64,000 nt of DNA from Candidatus Poseidoniales archaeon (GCA_038105035.1 JAYOBT010000001.1:45385-109384), one strand, 5' to 3'; numbered from the stretch's first letter, positions 28,103 to 37,547 are shown. Notes: generated by a model not told the origin, from the sequence alone. Translations and numbers: made by a program.

Positions 28103-28522
28103 ATGAAACAAAAGATCACAATCGATCACATCGGCATCGCCGCCACAAATCTTGATGAAGGAAGTAAATTCTGGAAATTGCTAGGACTCATTTCGCATGG
28201 AGAAGACGAACTTGTCGAAGATCAAGGCGTACTAACTCGTTTTTTCCCACTCGACTCTGCTGGTGATGGTGCAACCAACATCGAAATTCTTGAGGCCACC
28301 GGTCCCGATACCCCGATTGGGCGATTCTTGAACAAGAGAGGGCCTGGTATCCAGCAACTTTGCTTGGCAGTCGATGATTTGGAATCCATGATCGAGCATC
28401 TCATTACCAACGGAATCATCATGATCGATGAAACACCTCGATTGGGTGCACACAATTCCGTTATCGCATTTGTTCACCCCAAAAGCACAGGTGGGATATT
28501 GATTGAACTCAAGCAACGATGA
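28103..28522 (+). CDS. Methylmalonyl-CoA epimerase (VOC/glyoxalase fold)
   Basis: IDHIGIAATNLDE, GIQQLCLAVDD and FVHPKSTGGILIEL. Confidence 0.85.
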   Translation: MKQKITIDHIGIAATNLDEGSKFWKLLGLISHGEDELVEDQGVLTRFFPLDSAGDGATNIEILEATGPDTPIGRFLNKRGPGIQQLCLAVDDLESMIEHLITNGIIMIDETPRLGAHNSVIAFVHPKSTGGILIELKQR

Positions 28523-28539
28523 GAGCATGAGTTAGCAGA

Positions 28540-28878
28540 ATGCTCATAATCGTCCTCGATTTAACCAGCCCGATGAGAAGTTGTGTTGACCTTATTATGG
28601 CCCTACCGCACATCGCAGGACCACGTATTCGCAAGGAATCGGAATACCTCTCACAACAATTGGAAACGTTGCGATACAATGGGACCATTAGCAATGAGGC
28701 TTTTCTCGACGCTGGTGCGATACAGGGTGCCTTCCAACTGATAGGAACCTTAGTAGAAATGGGCGTCTCGCAGAAGGAAATTCAACAAGAGTTACGAAAC
28801 ACACTCGACCGAGCAAAGCGACTTGAAGAAAAGCACCCAGGTCTTGATTTTGCAGTAGAAAGCGGTCGTGCATCTTGA
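28540..28878 (+). CDS. Hypothetical small helical protein
   Basis: The ORF overlaps the downstream ABC ATPase ORF by 4 nt. No domain recognised, and the start could be the internal MALPHIAG. Confidence 0.4.
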   Translation: MLIIVLDLTSPMRSCVDLIMALPHIAGPRIRKESEYLSQQLETLRYNGTISNEAFLDAGAIQGAFQLIGTLVEMGVSQKEIQQELRNTLDRAKRLEEKHPGLDFAVESGRAS

Positions 28879-29711
28879 GTGTGTTCCAAATGGAACCTTT
28901 GTTGAAACTTACCGATGTGAAGAAGTCATTTGGTGATATTCACGCCATCGAAAAGGTAAATCTTCAAATCCACAAGCATTCAATAATCGGCCTCGTAGGT
29001 GGTAACGGTGCTGGGAAGACAACACTCCTTCGACTTATGTCGGGGGTATATCGTCCATCATCAGGTTCTGTTTCACTTGAAAACAATCGGCCTGTCTCGG
29101 AAATGCGTTCTGTACTGGGCGTCGTACCTGAATCAACTGGCCTCTATTCCAAATTGACTGCCTGGGAGAACATTCGATACCACAGTAGGCTTCACGGCAT
29201 TGATGATCAATTGGCTTGGGATCGTACCTACCGATTCGCCAAATTGTTGGACATTGAGGAATCCCTCCATCGTTACACAGAAGGATTTTCACGGGGTATG
29301 AAACAAAAAACGGCTCTCTTACGGGCTTTAGCACACGGGCCACAGATACTACTGCTGGATGAACCAACAGGTGGTCTTGACGTGACTTCGGCACGAACCG
29401 TCCGACATCTCGTACGGAAATTGAAAGACGAAGGAGGAACCATAATTTACTCCACTCATCATCTCGCAGAAGCTCAACAAGTGTGTGATCGGATAATTAT
29501 CGTCCACAATGGTTTCATACAAGCCGATGGAACTCCAGAAGAGTTACTCTCTTTGACTGGAACAGACACACTCGAAGAGGCATATGTCTCTTTAACGAGC
29601 GAAACAGCAAGACCAAGGATGGAGGAAACAGAACAAACTTCCACGATTTCAAGAATATGGCGACGTTTGTTCACTCCACAGAATAAACTGGAGGTGAACG
29701 AAGATGAATAG
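28875..29711 (+). CDS. ABC transporter ATP-binding protein (ABC-2 type)
   Basis: Walker A GGNGAGKTT, signature-like FSRGMKQK, and Walker B ILLLDEPT. An alternative ATG lies at 28890. Confidence 0.9.
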   Translation: MSVFQMEPLLKLTDVKKSFGDIHAIEKVNLQIHKHSIIGLVGGNGAGKTTLLRLMSGVYRPSSGSVSLENNRPVSEMRSVLGVVPESTGLYSKLTAWENIRYHSRLHGIDDQLAWDRTYRFAKLLDIEESLHRYTEGFSRGMKQKTALLRALAHGPQILLLDEPTGGLDVTSARTVRHLVRKLKDEGGTIIYSTHHLAEAQQVCDRIIIVHNGFIQADGTPEELLSLTGTDTLEEAYVSLTSETARPRMEETEQTSTISRIWRRLFTPQNKLEVNEDE

Positions 29712-30918
29712 TCGGAAACGAATCTTCATCGTTGCAAAAAAAGAGATCATCGAGTTCGTTCGAGACTGGCGTACGATAGTAGCACTCGTTCTAATCCCAC
29801 TTCTGCTGTTTCCATTGTTGTTTATCGCATTTCCAGTTGTCATGCAAAACGAAGCCGCAGAACTTGATCAAAAAACAGTTGACATACTGATTCAATCCAA
29901 CGACATTGAGGATTACTTGGTCGATCTCATCGAGAACCAAACAGCCTACGTATCTGTAGCACCTCTTGATGAAAATATCACCACTTTATCTGATGCGAAC
30001 AACAATACTGAAAATCTTCGAAACCTCGAATACGACGCCATATTACGAATGGAACTACGCAACGATACTTGGTACTACGCAATTCTACACCTGTCAACAT
30101 CAGAACAGTCCAATGAAGCAAGAAGCCGTATTTTGGATGTCCTCATCGATTGGGAGGAAGATCTTCGAGCGGACCGAATCGAGTCAGCAGGTCTTGATGT
30201 TGAGTCTACACTTGATCCGTTGCAGTGGGATGGTTCCATCTCTGATGCTGATGTGGCGACAAAAGGAGAACAAGCGGGTATGCTCCTTTCCTTGTTTATT
30301 CCATTCGTATTAGCCATATGGACTGCAAGTGCCGCTGTTCAACCTGCCATCGATATGACCGTTGGGGAACGAGAACGTGGGACACTTGAATCACTGTTGA
30401 GCCTACCACTTACGAGAACTGAACTCTTGTTGGGTAAGTGGTTGGCTGTTGTTTCCATAACCGCAGTGGGAGTAACGCTACAAATTGGAGGATTGTTGTT
30501 TGGAATAGCCTACCTTGCTAGCGACTTCATCGATGTTCCATCGCTCAGTTTTACTGCAATAGTTTTGCTCGCATTAGCAGTCGGATTCTATGGAACGATG
30601 ATTGTTGCACTCTATCTGGCTTTAGCCATGCGATCAAAGTCAGTAAAGGAAGCAGGTTCTGTTCTCACACCGATTACACTTGCGATGATTATGCCAATAT
30701 TGCTGACACAATTCATCAACTTGGATGATGTTGAGATGTTTTGGTTTGGCGTCCCGTTTGTCAACGTTCTTCTTGGATTACGCGAGCTCTTGTTGAATCG
30801 AATCATCATCGAGCACGTTGTAGTATGGATTTTAGTTTCTTCACTGATTTGTATTTTGACAGTTCGTTATGCTGCCAAACAATTCCACAGAGAAGACATC
30901 ATAACGACCAAATCATAG
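29704..30918 (+). CDS. ABC-2 family permease (NatB-like) with a large extracytoplasmic loop
   Basis: TM1, then a ~170-aa loop, then five C-terminal TM helices. It overlaps the ATPase gene by 8 nt. Confidence 0.85.
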   Translation: MNSRKRIFIVAKKEIIEFVRDWRTIVALVLIPLLLFPLLFIAFPVVMQNEAAELDQKTVDILIQSNDIEDYLVDLIENQTAYVSVAPLDENITTLSDANNNTENLRNLEYDAILRMELRNDTWYYAILHLSTSEQSNEARSRILDVLIDWEEDLRADRIESAGLDVESTLDPLQWDGSISDADVATKGEQAGMLLSLFIPFVLAIWTASAAVQPAIDMTVGERERGTLESLLSLPLTRTELLLGKWLAVVSITAVGVTLQIGGLLFGIAYLASDFIDVPSLSFTAIVLLALAVGFYGTMIVALYLALAMRSKSVKEAGSVLTPITLAMIMPILLTQFINLDDVEMFWFGVPFVNVLLGLRELLLNRIIIEHVVVWILVSSLICILTVRYAAKQFHREDIITTKS

Positions 30919-30952
30919 TATTCTTCAAATATTACTTGGATATGCCTATGGT

Positions 30953-31144
30953 ATGCCCAAGATAAGTTTGGACATGCCCAACGAATTGCTTACCGATATC
31001 AAAAAGCATGTTGGAGACGACAAGAAATTCATCAGTGTTGCTGATGCTGTTCGGTCTGCATGCCGCAAATTATTGGATCAATTGGATGATATTGACATGC
31101 GACATGGGCGAATTGGAGGAGATTTAGATGGTAACAAGGAATGA
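30953..31144 (+). CDS. Ribbon-helix-helix (CopG/Arc-like) DNA-binding protein
   Basis: MPKISLDMPNELLTDIKKHV...SVADAVRSACRKLL fits a beta-strand plus two helices. It overlaps the folE start. Confidence 0.55.
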   Translation: MPKISLDMPNELLTDIKKHVGDDKKFISVADAVRSACRKLLDQLDDIDMRHGRIGGDLDGNKE

Positions 31145-31694
31145 AGCAGAAGAAGCCGTTTTCACGTTGCTTCAATATTTGGAAACAGACCCAGAACGAG
31201 AAGGATTGAAGGATACGCCTAAGCGTGTTGTCGACTCTTGGGACGAAGTGTTTGCCGGTTACACTACGAACGCTGAAGATTTGCTTCAAGCCACCTTTAA
31301 TGCTGAGGGCTACGATGGTATCGTGTTGTTGAGCAACATCGAATTTCATTCCACGTGTGAACATCACCTGCAACCTTTCAGTGGTAAAGCACATGTTGCA
31401 TACATACCAGTTGACCGCATTGTTGGCATTTCCAAACTCGCTCGAATCATCGACCATCATGCACTACGTTTGCAAAATCAAGAACGCATCACCAATGATG
31501 TTGCGAACGATTTGGTTCAACATCTCAACCCACTTGGTGCAGCCGTAATCATTCAAGCATCACATGGTTGCATGCGTTGTCGAGGTGTGAAGAAACAAAA
31601 TGCAATCATGACAACGAGCGCTATGCGTGGTGTTTTCTTTGAAAAACAAGAAGCTCGTAACGAACTGATGCAACTCATTGAAAATTCGAGTTGA
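31128..31694 (+). CDS. folE: GTP cyclohydrolase I
   Basis: FHSTCEHHLQPFSGKAHVAYIP and HGCMRCRG motifs. Confidence 0.92.
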   Translation: MVTRNEAEEAVFTLLQYLETDPEREGLKDTPKRVVDSWDEVFAGYTTNAEDLLQATFNAEGYDGIVLLSNIEFHSTCEHHLQPFSGKAHVAYIPVDRIVGISKLARIIDHHALRLQNQERITNDVANDLVQHLNPLGAAVIIQASHGCMRCRGVKKQNAIMTTSAMRGVFFEKQEARNELMQLIENSS

Positions 31695-31700
31695 TTGGTT

Positions 31701-32351
31701 ATGGATTGTGAACGCGCTGGCAGCTATGTTGGTGATAACCCTGCAGATCTCGCTAAGGAATATCCAATCGTTGAGATTTTCCATTCTGTTCAAGGTGAAG
31801 GATTCCATGCAGGAATCCCGCATGTCTTTGTACGATTTGGCACCTGCAACTTACGGTGTTCTTGGTGTGACACAGATTTCGATACGTTCGAAACAATGAG
31901 TGCTGTTGATGTTCTAAGTGATGTTTTGCAATACGATTGCAATCGTGTTATCTTCACAGGAGGCGAACCCATGCTGCATGATTTATGGCCCCTTCATCGA
32001 TTACTAAAGCGTCGAGGTTACAACCTTTCCATTGAAAGCAATGGTACGATTGATATCCCGGATGGGTTGATCGACTGGATTTGTATATCTCCAAAAGATC
32101 AAATCTATCCTAATTCAATTATACGCCAACGCAACGGTCATGAATTGAAAGTCGTGTATTGTGGCCAAGACATAGGCATGTATAACGATTTGAAAGTGGG
32201 TTTTGAGCATCACTTCATTCAACCGTGTTACATTGATTCTGCAAGTGTTGAAGAAAACGGTGTGCTGTTTCGAGATACCGAACAAATTGTCAAAGAGCAT
32301 CGTGGATGGAGGCTTTCACTACAGACGCATAAATGGATGGGAATTCTATGA
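31701..32351 (+). CDS. queE: 7-carboxy-7-deazaguanine synthase (radical SAM)
   Basis: EIFHSVQGEG and the cluster motif FGTCNLRCSWCDT (Cx3Cx2C). Confidence 0.9.
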   Translation: MDCERAGSYVGDNPADLAKEYPIVEIFHSVQGEGFHAGIPHVFVRFGTCNLRCSWCDTDFDTFETMSAVDVLSDVLQYDCNRVIFTGGEPMLHDLWPLHRLLKRRGYNLSIESNGTIDIPDGLIDWICISPKDQIYPNSIIRQRNGHELKVVYCGQDIGMYNDLKVGFEHHFIQPCYIDSASVEENGVLFRDTEQIVKEHRGWRLSLQTHKWMGIL

Positions 32352-33142
32352 ATACAGTTGTCATGGCACTGAGTGGAGGAATGGATTCAACCTGTCTTCT
32401 AATGCATTATCTTGCCCGAGATTATCGAGCTATTTGTATTTCTTATCGCTACGGGCAGAAGCATTCTATTGAAATTGAAAAGGCTTCGTCAACGATATTA
32501 CTTTGTCAAAACAAAGGTCTCAACGTACAACATCACATTGTTGACCTGTCACCAGCAATGTCCCTTTTTGATTCAGCTTTAACATCAAGTGAACAAGACG
32601 TTCCATTAGGTCACTATGAAGAGGTACAAATGAAGCAAACTGTTGTACCAAACCGAAATGCGATATTTGCATCCATTCTGTATGGATTTGCTTTGTCAGA
32701 GGCAAAGAGATCTGGTGAAGAAGTTGTCCTTGCGCTAGGCGTTCACAGTGGCGATCATGCTATCTATCCTGATTGTCGACCAGAATTCTACCAGGCACTT
32801 CAATCGGCATTTGAAATTGGGAACTGGGAAAGTGATTTGGTCAATTTTGACCTGCCATACCTGCACGGTGACAAAACGTCCATTTTACGAGACGCATTGG
32901 AGACTACAGATCAGTTGGGATTTGAATTTGATACTGTTCTCAAAAACACAATCACATCATATAACCCAGATGAACAAGGACGTAGTTCAGGAAAGAGTGG
33001 TTCCGACGTTGAACGAATATTGGCGTTCCATTCAATCGGTAGAGAAGATCCAATCGAATATCAAGAACCGTGGAATCGGGTATTGAATCAAGCACTTCAT
33101 ATCGAAAAGGAACACAAAGGAGTAGATGAACATGGATCTTAG
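32348..33142 (+). CDS. queC: 7-cyano-7-deazaguanine synthase
   Basis: PP-loop VVMALSGGMDST and VPNRNAIF. There is an ATGA overlap with the queE stop. Confidence 0.92.
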   Translation: MNTVVMALSGGMDSTCLLMHYLARDYRAICISYRYGQKHSIEIEKASSTILLCQNKGLNVQHHIVDLSPAMSLFDSALTSSEQDVPLGHYEEVQMKQTVVPNRNAIFASILYGFALSEAKRSGEEVVLALGVHSGDHAIYPDCRPEFYQALQSAFEIGNWESDLVNFDLPYLHGDKTSILRDALETTDQLGFEFDTVLKNTITSYNPDEQGRSSGKSGSDVERILAFHSIGREDPIEYQEPWNRVLNQALHIEKEHKGVDEHGS

Positions 33143-33515
33143 CGAACGGATTGCAGCCTTATCGGAACTATCGTATTATGTGACACAACAAAATGGTACT
33201 GAGCGACCATTCACTGGTGCATTGAACAAAGAATATCGCCAAGGAGATTATTCTTGCATCGTTTGTGAAACGTTATTATTTACGGACCAAATGAAATTTG
33301 ACTCCGGGTGCGGGTGGCCAGCATTTCACTCAGAACATCAGGATGCTGCTATTTCGAGAATTGTTGACACATCACATGGCATGACTCGAATCGAAGTTCG
33401 CTGTGGAACCTGTGACGCTCACCTCGGACACGTATTCAACGATGGACCACGCAAACATGGTGGAGAACGATATTGCATCAATAGTGCGGCTATGCACTTC
33501 GAGGTGAAAGAATGA
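33126..33515 (+). CDS. msrB: Peptide-methionine (R)-S-oxide reductase
   Basis: YSCIVCETLLF, GCGWPAF, RCGTCDAHLGHVF and RYCINS. Confidence 0.92.
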   Translation: MNMDLSERIAALSELSYYVTQQNGTERPFTGALNKEYRQGDYSCIVCETLLFTDQMKFDSGCGWPAFHSEHQDAAISRIVDTSHGMTRIEVRCGTCDAHLGHVFNDGPRKHGGERYCINSAAMHFEVKE

Positions 33516-33961
33516 CAACACGAATCCGGAGATACGTGGAGACAGACACAGGGCACCGAGTGCCAAATCATAAGAGTAAATGTAGGCATTTTCACGGACA
33601 CCGCTATCGATTTGAGGCCGAAATCGAAGGAGATATTGTTGAAACTACAGGTGTAAGCGAAGAAGGGATGCTTATGGATTTCAGTGACGTCAGTCGTATT
33701 CTAACTGTTCACATTCATGATGTTGTGGATCACGCATTTGTCGTGTATGAAGGCGATGAAGAAGCTCGAAACGTATTGTCAGGATTATCATCAGAACATC
33801 GTACAGTTGTCGTACCGTTCATTCCAACCGCCGAGAACCTTGCAAAATGGGCGTATGAACAGGTGCAACCACATATTCAAACTGCGTATGGTAATCGGCT
33901 ACGACTGGTCGCTATGCACGTACGAGAAACCCCGAAAAGTTGGGCCTCATGGTACGCATGA
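33512..33961 (+). CDS. queD: 6-carboxy-5,6,7,8-tetrahydropterin synthase
   Basis: KCRHFHGHRYRFE (PTPS-type Cys/His motif). There is an ATGA overlap with msrB. Confidence 0.9.
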   Translation: MTTRIRRYVETDTGHRVPNHKSKCRHFHGHRYRFEAEIEGDIVETTGVSEEGMLMDFSDVSRILTVHIHDVVDHAFVVYEGDEEARNVLSGLSSEHRTVVVPFIPTAENLAKWAYEQVQPHIQTAYGNRLRLVAMHVRETPKSWASWYA

Positions 33962-34798
33962 TCATTCTTCTTCTAAGATGACTCGCCGACGCCGAGTGGA
34001 TTTCCATTCACTATTTTTCGTTGCAAATTCAAGAGCAGTAGATGCATCGACGAAACCTCCAATCAATCGGTTTGTTTGATCCTTTTCTAGTCCGGACCGC
34101 TGCAATGCGCGTGTGAGCGAATGTGTGAAGGAGATTCGACGCTCATCGCCGCCTGGAAGGAATCGGGCAATATCCTTAATCGCTTTACGGAGAACTTTAC
34201 GTTGCTCTGGTGAGATTGTTCGTTCGATTGGAACGATATTAGGCAATGCCTTGTCTTTACCCTGTATTGCAAGGACACGACTGCGATGAAGTTCGTATGT
34301 CAGTGTATGAACAGCATGGCTGAGATTTGTAATGGGATATCCCTCCCATGTTGGTAACGTAACGAGGTAGTCACAACGAAGTAGATCCTCTGTACTCAAT
34401 CCTTTTCCTTCCTCACCGAAAACCAAAGCTACGGATTGTTGCGTAGTTTCTATTCTTTCGGCAAATTCCCAAGGATACATGAAATGACGTTTTTGTGTTT
34501 TTTCTCCAATCTCTCTTTTGCCAGATGTTCCAACAACGAGAGAACAGTCTGCAACCGCTTCTTCAAATGAGTCAAATATCTGACATGAATCAAGAACCCT
34601 TCCTGCGTGCTTTGCTCTATTGCGCGCCTCAATGTCATCCGGGTGACATTTCGGTTGTACCAATCGTAACGAATCAAATCCGTGATTCAACAATGATCGG
34701 CAAACCGCACCAAGATTGCCAGGGTGTTCCGTACCAACCATCACGACGTGTAACGCGTATTCCGAATGAGGCAATGGCAAATCGCTGCGTTCGCCCAT
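33962..34798 (-). CDS. SpoU/TrmH-family RNA 2'-O-methyltransferase (TrmJ-like)
   Basis: VVMVGTEHPGNLGAVCRS, LVFGEEGKGL and LPTWEGYPITNLSHAV. I placed the start at MGERSD, which forms a TGATG overlap with the upstream small ORF. Confidence 0.8.
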   Translation of the reverse strand: MGERSDLPLPHSEYALHVVMVGTEHPGNLGAVCRSLLNHGFDSLRLVQPKCHPDDIEARNRAKHAGRVLDSCQIFDSFEEAVADCSLVVGTSGKREIGEKTQKRHFMYPWEFAERIETTQQSVALVFGEEGKGLSTEDLLRCDYLVTLPTWEGYPITNLSHAVHTLTYELHRSRVLAIQGKDKALPNIVPIERTISPEQRKVLRKAIKDIARFLPGGDERRISFTHSLTRALQRSGLEKDQTNRLIGGFVDASTALEFATKNSEWKSTRRRRVILEEE

Positions 34799-35019
34799 CA
34801 CTCTTCCTCCGTTCCTTGAACGTATTCTGCTATCCAAAGAGGATTGCATGCTTGGTAAATGAAGAAAAGAAAGCCTCCATTCTCTCGATCAGGCATGACC
34901 AAAGAACGTCTACGGACATTATGGGTATTACGAAGATGTAAGATTAGTTGCTCGAGCGCATCTTGGTCCGGACCATGAACCGAGACTGGTGTTCGTTTCC
35001 AGTCAACCCAGATGGGCAC
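34798..35019 (-). CDS. Hypothetical 73-aa protein
   Basis: GTG-start ORF that exactly fills the gap between rps17e and the methyltransferase. Its stop overlaps the downstream ATG (TGATG). No domain recognised. Confidence 0.4.
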   Translation of the reverse strand: MPIWVDWKRTPVSVHGPDQDALEQLILHLRNTHNVRRRSLVMPDRENGGFLFFIYQACNPLWIAEYVQGTEEE

Positions 35020-35032
35020 GCACCTTACCCCA

Positions 35033-35224
35033 TCAATCGGTTCGACGCTGTCGGTATCGGGTTACGTAACCAGCGATCCAGTTTCGCAATTTCTTCGTGC
35101 TCACATCGGTGAGTTCTTCGACCATTTTCTTGTTGTGATCGAAATCATCGGTGAACTTTTCACCGTGCTCTTCAACCAAACGGATTGCGCGGATTTTGAT
35201 AAAACTAGGACGAATATTTCCCAT
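35033..35224 (-). CDS. rps17e: 30S ribosomal protein S17e
   Basis: [38 protein letters not shown]...IAGYVTR matches the archaeal S17e pattern. Confidence 0.9.
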   Translation of the reverse strand: MGNIRPSFIKIRAIRLVEEHGEKFTDDFDHNKKMVEELTDVSTKKLRNWIAGYVTRYRQRRTD

Positions 35225-35226
35225 AC

Positions 35227-35505
35227 TCAGGCCTCCTCAAACAATTTGACTTCAATCGGAATATCAGGCTCATCGTGACGAATCACGGTAAGACGTATCT
35301 TTCGTGGAGGATTCTCAATTCCACGTTCCCAGATTTTTTCGTTGACGGATGGGTCGATGTAGATCTCTTCTTCTGGAAGAACTTTGAGATGTCGAATGAC
35401 TTCATCACGAATAATTTGGATTGCACGCGGCGCTCGCTTGAAACGAGTGATGTTCCATGCCTTTCGAAGAGGTACGACCAATTCAGATGTTGCTGCTCTT
35501 GCCAT
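35227..35505 (-). CDS. rpl31e: 50S ribosomal protein L31e
   Basis: [27 protein letters not shown]...[20 protein letters not shown] placed the start at the internal MARAATS. Confidence 0.9.
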   Translation of the reverse strand: MARAATSELVVPLRKAWNITRFKRAPRAIQIIRDEVIRHLKVLPEEEIYIDPSVNEKIWERGIENPPRKIRLTVIRHDEPDIPIEVKLFEEA

Positions 35506-35515
35506 ATCAATCACC

Positions 35516-35671
35516 TCATCGCTGCAACTTGCTGCGTCGCCAATGGTGCCGCTTTGGATGCGACACTGTGTTTCTGTTCGTTTTGAGCATGACCCATACT
35601 GGGACACGGCGGTTCTGCTTTCCTGCCTTCATCAGGCGAATTTTCTTTGCTGCTGGTTTATTTTTTGACAT
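35516..35671 (-). CDS. rpl39e: 50S ribosomal protein L39e (51 aa, below the ORF-track cutoff)
   Basis: My own translation of the minus strand is [51 protein letters not shown], which is the L39e pattern. Confidence 0.9.
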   Translation of the reverse strand: MSKNKPAAKKIRLMKAGKQNRRVPVWVMLKTNRNTVSHPKRHHWRRSKLQR

Positions 35672-35686
35672 ATTCGAGCACCCCTC

Positions 35687-36052
35687 TTACATTCGACGGA
35701 TCGACGCATCTCTGCGGCTCTTGGATAGGCTTGCTAAGATTCTCTTCAACTGTTCATCGTTGACGGGAATGGTAATTTTTTGTTGTTCATGAAGTGAAAC
35801 AAGTTGCCGCTTCATGAGTTCTGATTTGTTTGGATCGACCAATGAGATGTTGGTGAGACGGCTACGAGCCTCAGGTGTTAGAATCGATTTCATGGCTTGG
35901 TCGAGTGCTTGCTGCTCTTGTGCCTGAACGTGCGATTCAGCTTCTGCGGCAGCTTGCTGCTTGGCTTGTTGTTCAAGTTGCTGTTGGAGTTCCATCTGTC
36001 GACGTTGACGGAACGCTTCAAGTTCCATCGAATCATCAGCAGCTGTTGACAT
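35687..36052 (-). CDS. PDCD5/TFAR19-like dsDNA-binding protein
   Basis: Q/E-rich N-terminal helix, then ILTPEARSRLTNISLVDP...QLVSL...ITIPVNDEQLKRIL. It occupies the conserved position between S19e and L39e. Confidence 0.85.
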   Translation of the reverse strand: MSTAADDSMELEAFRQRRQMELQQQLEQQAKQQAAAEAESHVQAQEQQALDQAMKSILTPEARSRLTNISLVDPNKSELMKRQLVSLHEQQKITIPVNDEQLKRILASLSKSRRDASIRRM

Positions 36053-36066
36053 ACTCTCACATCCAA

Positions 36067-36561
36067 TCAATACTTGTCGAGTCCAGGGTAGGCTTCCTCG
36101 ACTTGAGGTCGAACGCTGTGAGCAACCTCGTTGAGTAGTTTGTGGCCAGCAGCGGTAACGACTCGTCCGTTGAACAACTGAGTTGCTTCACGACCTTCTG
36201 GCTCAACCAAACGACCTGGCTGGGTTGATACAAGGCCTGCATCTTCGAGCTGTTGCACAAGTGCACGGATGACTTTGCGAGATCCAACGCCAGGAGTGTT
36301 CGGCTTCGAACCGTTGTTCTTCCGTCCGCCGTACTCTTGCGATAGCGAAGTTACACCGATTGGACCTTGTCGGGCGATTTTACGCAGTAGTGCGGCTCCA
36401 CGAGTGTGCCACCAGTCTGTTTGGGTCGGAGGACGCTCACGGGAGGAGCCAGTTTTGACTACATCAGCCCATTCAGGCATGGAAATCGCAGCATTGCTCT
36501 TCAATTGTTCTGCAAGAGCGGGAATAAGGAAATTGGCAGGAACATCGTAAAACGTCGTCAT
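36067..36561 (-). CDS. rps19e: 30S ribosomal protein S19e
   Basis: MTTFYDVPANFLIPALAEQLK..., WWHTRGAALLRKI and GGRKNNG. I chose the ATG at 36561; the longer track start is TTG. Confidence 0.93.
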   Translation of the reverse strand: MTTFYDVPANFLIPALAEQLKSNAAISMPEWADVVKTGSSRERPPTQTDWWHTRGAALLRKIARQGPIGVTSLSQEYGGRKNNGSKPNTPGVGSRKVIRALVQQLEDAGLVSTQPGRLVEPEGREATQLFNGRVVTAAGHKLLNEVAHSVRPQVEEAYPGLDKY

Positions 36562-36696
36562 AACTACACCAAGCAACTCTGCGACTTATCTCCCCTATTT
36601 GAATAAAGCGGGCGAATAGCACATGTGTATGAAGAGCATCCTTGTGTTTTTGGTCACGTGCAAGTGTTCTTGAATGCCTGTGGTTTGGCACGCACA

Positions 36697-37518
36697 ATGA
36701 AGAAGGCGTTGGCACAGAATCCGAACCTCTTGAGAACACTCATCGGTTTGTCCTTAACACTCATCGTCTTGCTATCGTATGCGGTGTACGGAGCCACAAT
36801 TTCGCCAAGTTATTATATCTACGAGACCGAGCCAACAAATTCTTCTTTTGAAGACATTGAATTAACAAAAATCGTCCAAAACAACGAGACGACTTGGATT
36901 GGTACTGTTTCCGCGGATGGAGCCAATTTGACTTGGGTCAACATGACTGTCGAAAATCTTGCCAGCGGGGCCGTGATTAAAATGACCAATGAAGGTAAAC
37001 TCTACTCCCATCCATTCCTTGGTGTCGATGATGCTGAAGTTGTTGTCGATGGTAAAACCGTCGATTTCCGTTGTTCGGAACACTGCGTGTACGGGGAATC
37101 GATAGAGGTCGAGGCAGATTCAAGTGAGATTAGCATCCAAGCACTGACTTCGACAGACCCAGCGCGTCGATCGAACGGCACAGTATTTGCCGACACATTA
37201 GCAGAAGCAGAAGTGTTAGCACGCGGTGAAATCAACTACACGCATACTCCATCTCAAATCATCATACAAATCACGGAGCCAGGAGACAAATCAGTTCAAC
37301 CTCAGGTCAATGTATACACAGTGAATGAGAAATTTTCGAGTGTAGAGATTTTTGAGATTGATGCCGCAACAGAATTCCTTTGGGCATTGGCGGCCGTTGT
37401 AGGATGCTTTTCCATGGTCTTGATTCCGTCATTCACAGTCTATTTTGCTGCCCGTGCAAAGGAACGCAAGAATGAAGAGAAATTGCGTCTTATCGACGAA
37501 GAGTCCTCGAGCGAATAA
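36697..37518 (+). CDS. Hypothetical bitopic membrane protein (N- and C-terminal TM helices, sequon-rich ectodomain)
   Basis: Hydrophobic helices at both ends and at least six N-x-S/T sequons (NSS, NET, NLT, NMT, NGT, NYT) in about 270 aa. Confidence 0.6.
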   Translation: MKKALAQNPNLLRTLIGLSLTLIVLLSYAVYGATISPSYYIYETEPTNSSFEDIELTKIVQNNETTWIGTVSADGANLTWVNMTVENLASGAVIKMTNEGKLYSHPFLGVDDAEVVVDGKTVDFRCSEHCVYGESIEVEADSSEISIQALTSTDPARRSNGTVFADTLAEAEVLARGEINYTHTPSQIIIQITEPGDKSVQPQVNVYTVNEKFSSVEIFEIDAATEFLWALAAVVGCFSMVLIPSFTVYFAARAKERKNEEKLRLIDEESSSE

Positions 37519-37547
37519 ATCAAATACATAGGAGTGGATTAGCCATC

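Noticed and set aside
30953-31144. The RHH protein as the antitoxin of a toxin-antitoxin pair
   Set aside because: There is no toxin-like ORF adjacent. The gene overlaps folE and heads a biosynthetic operon.
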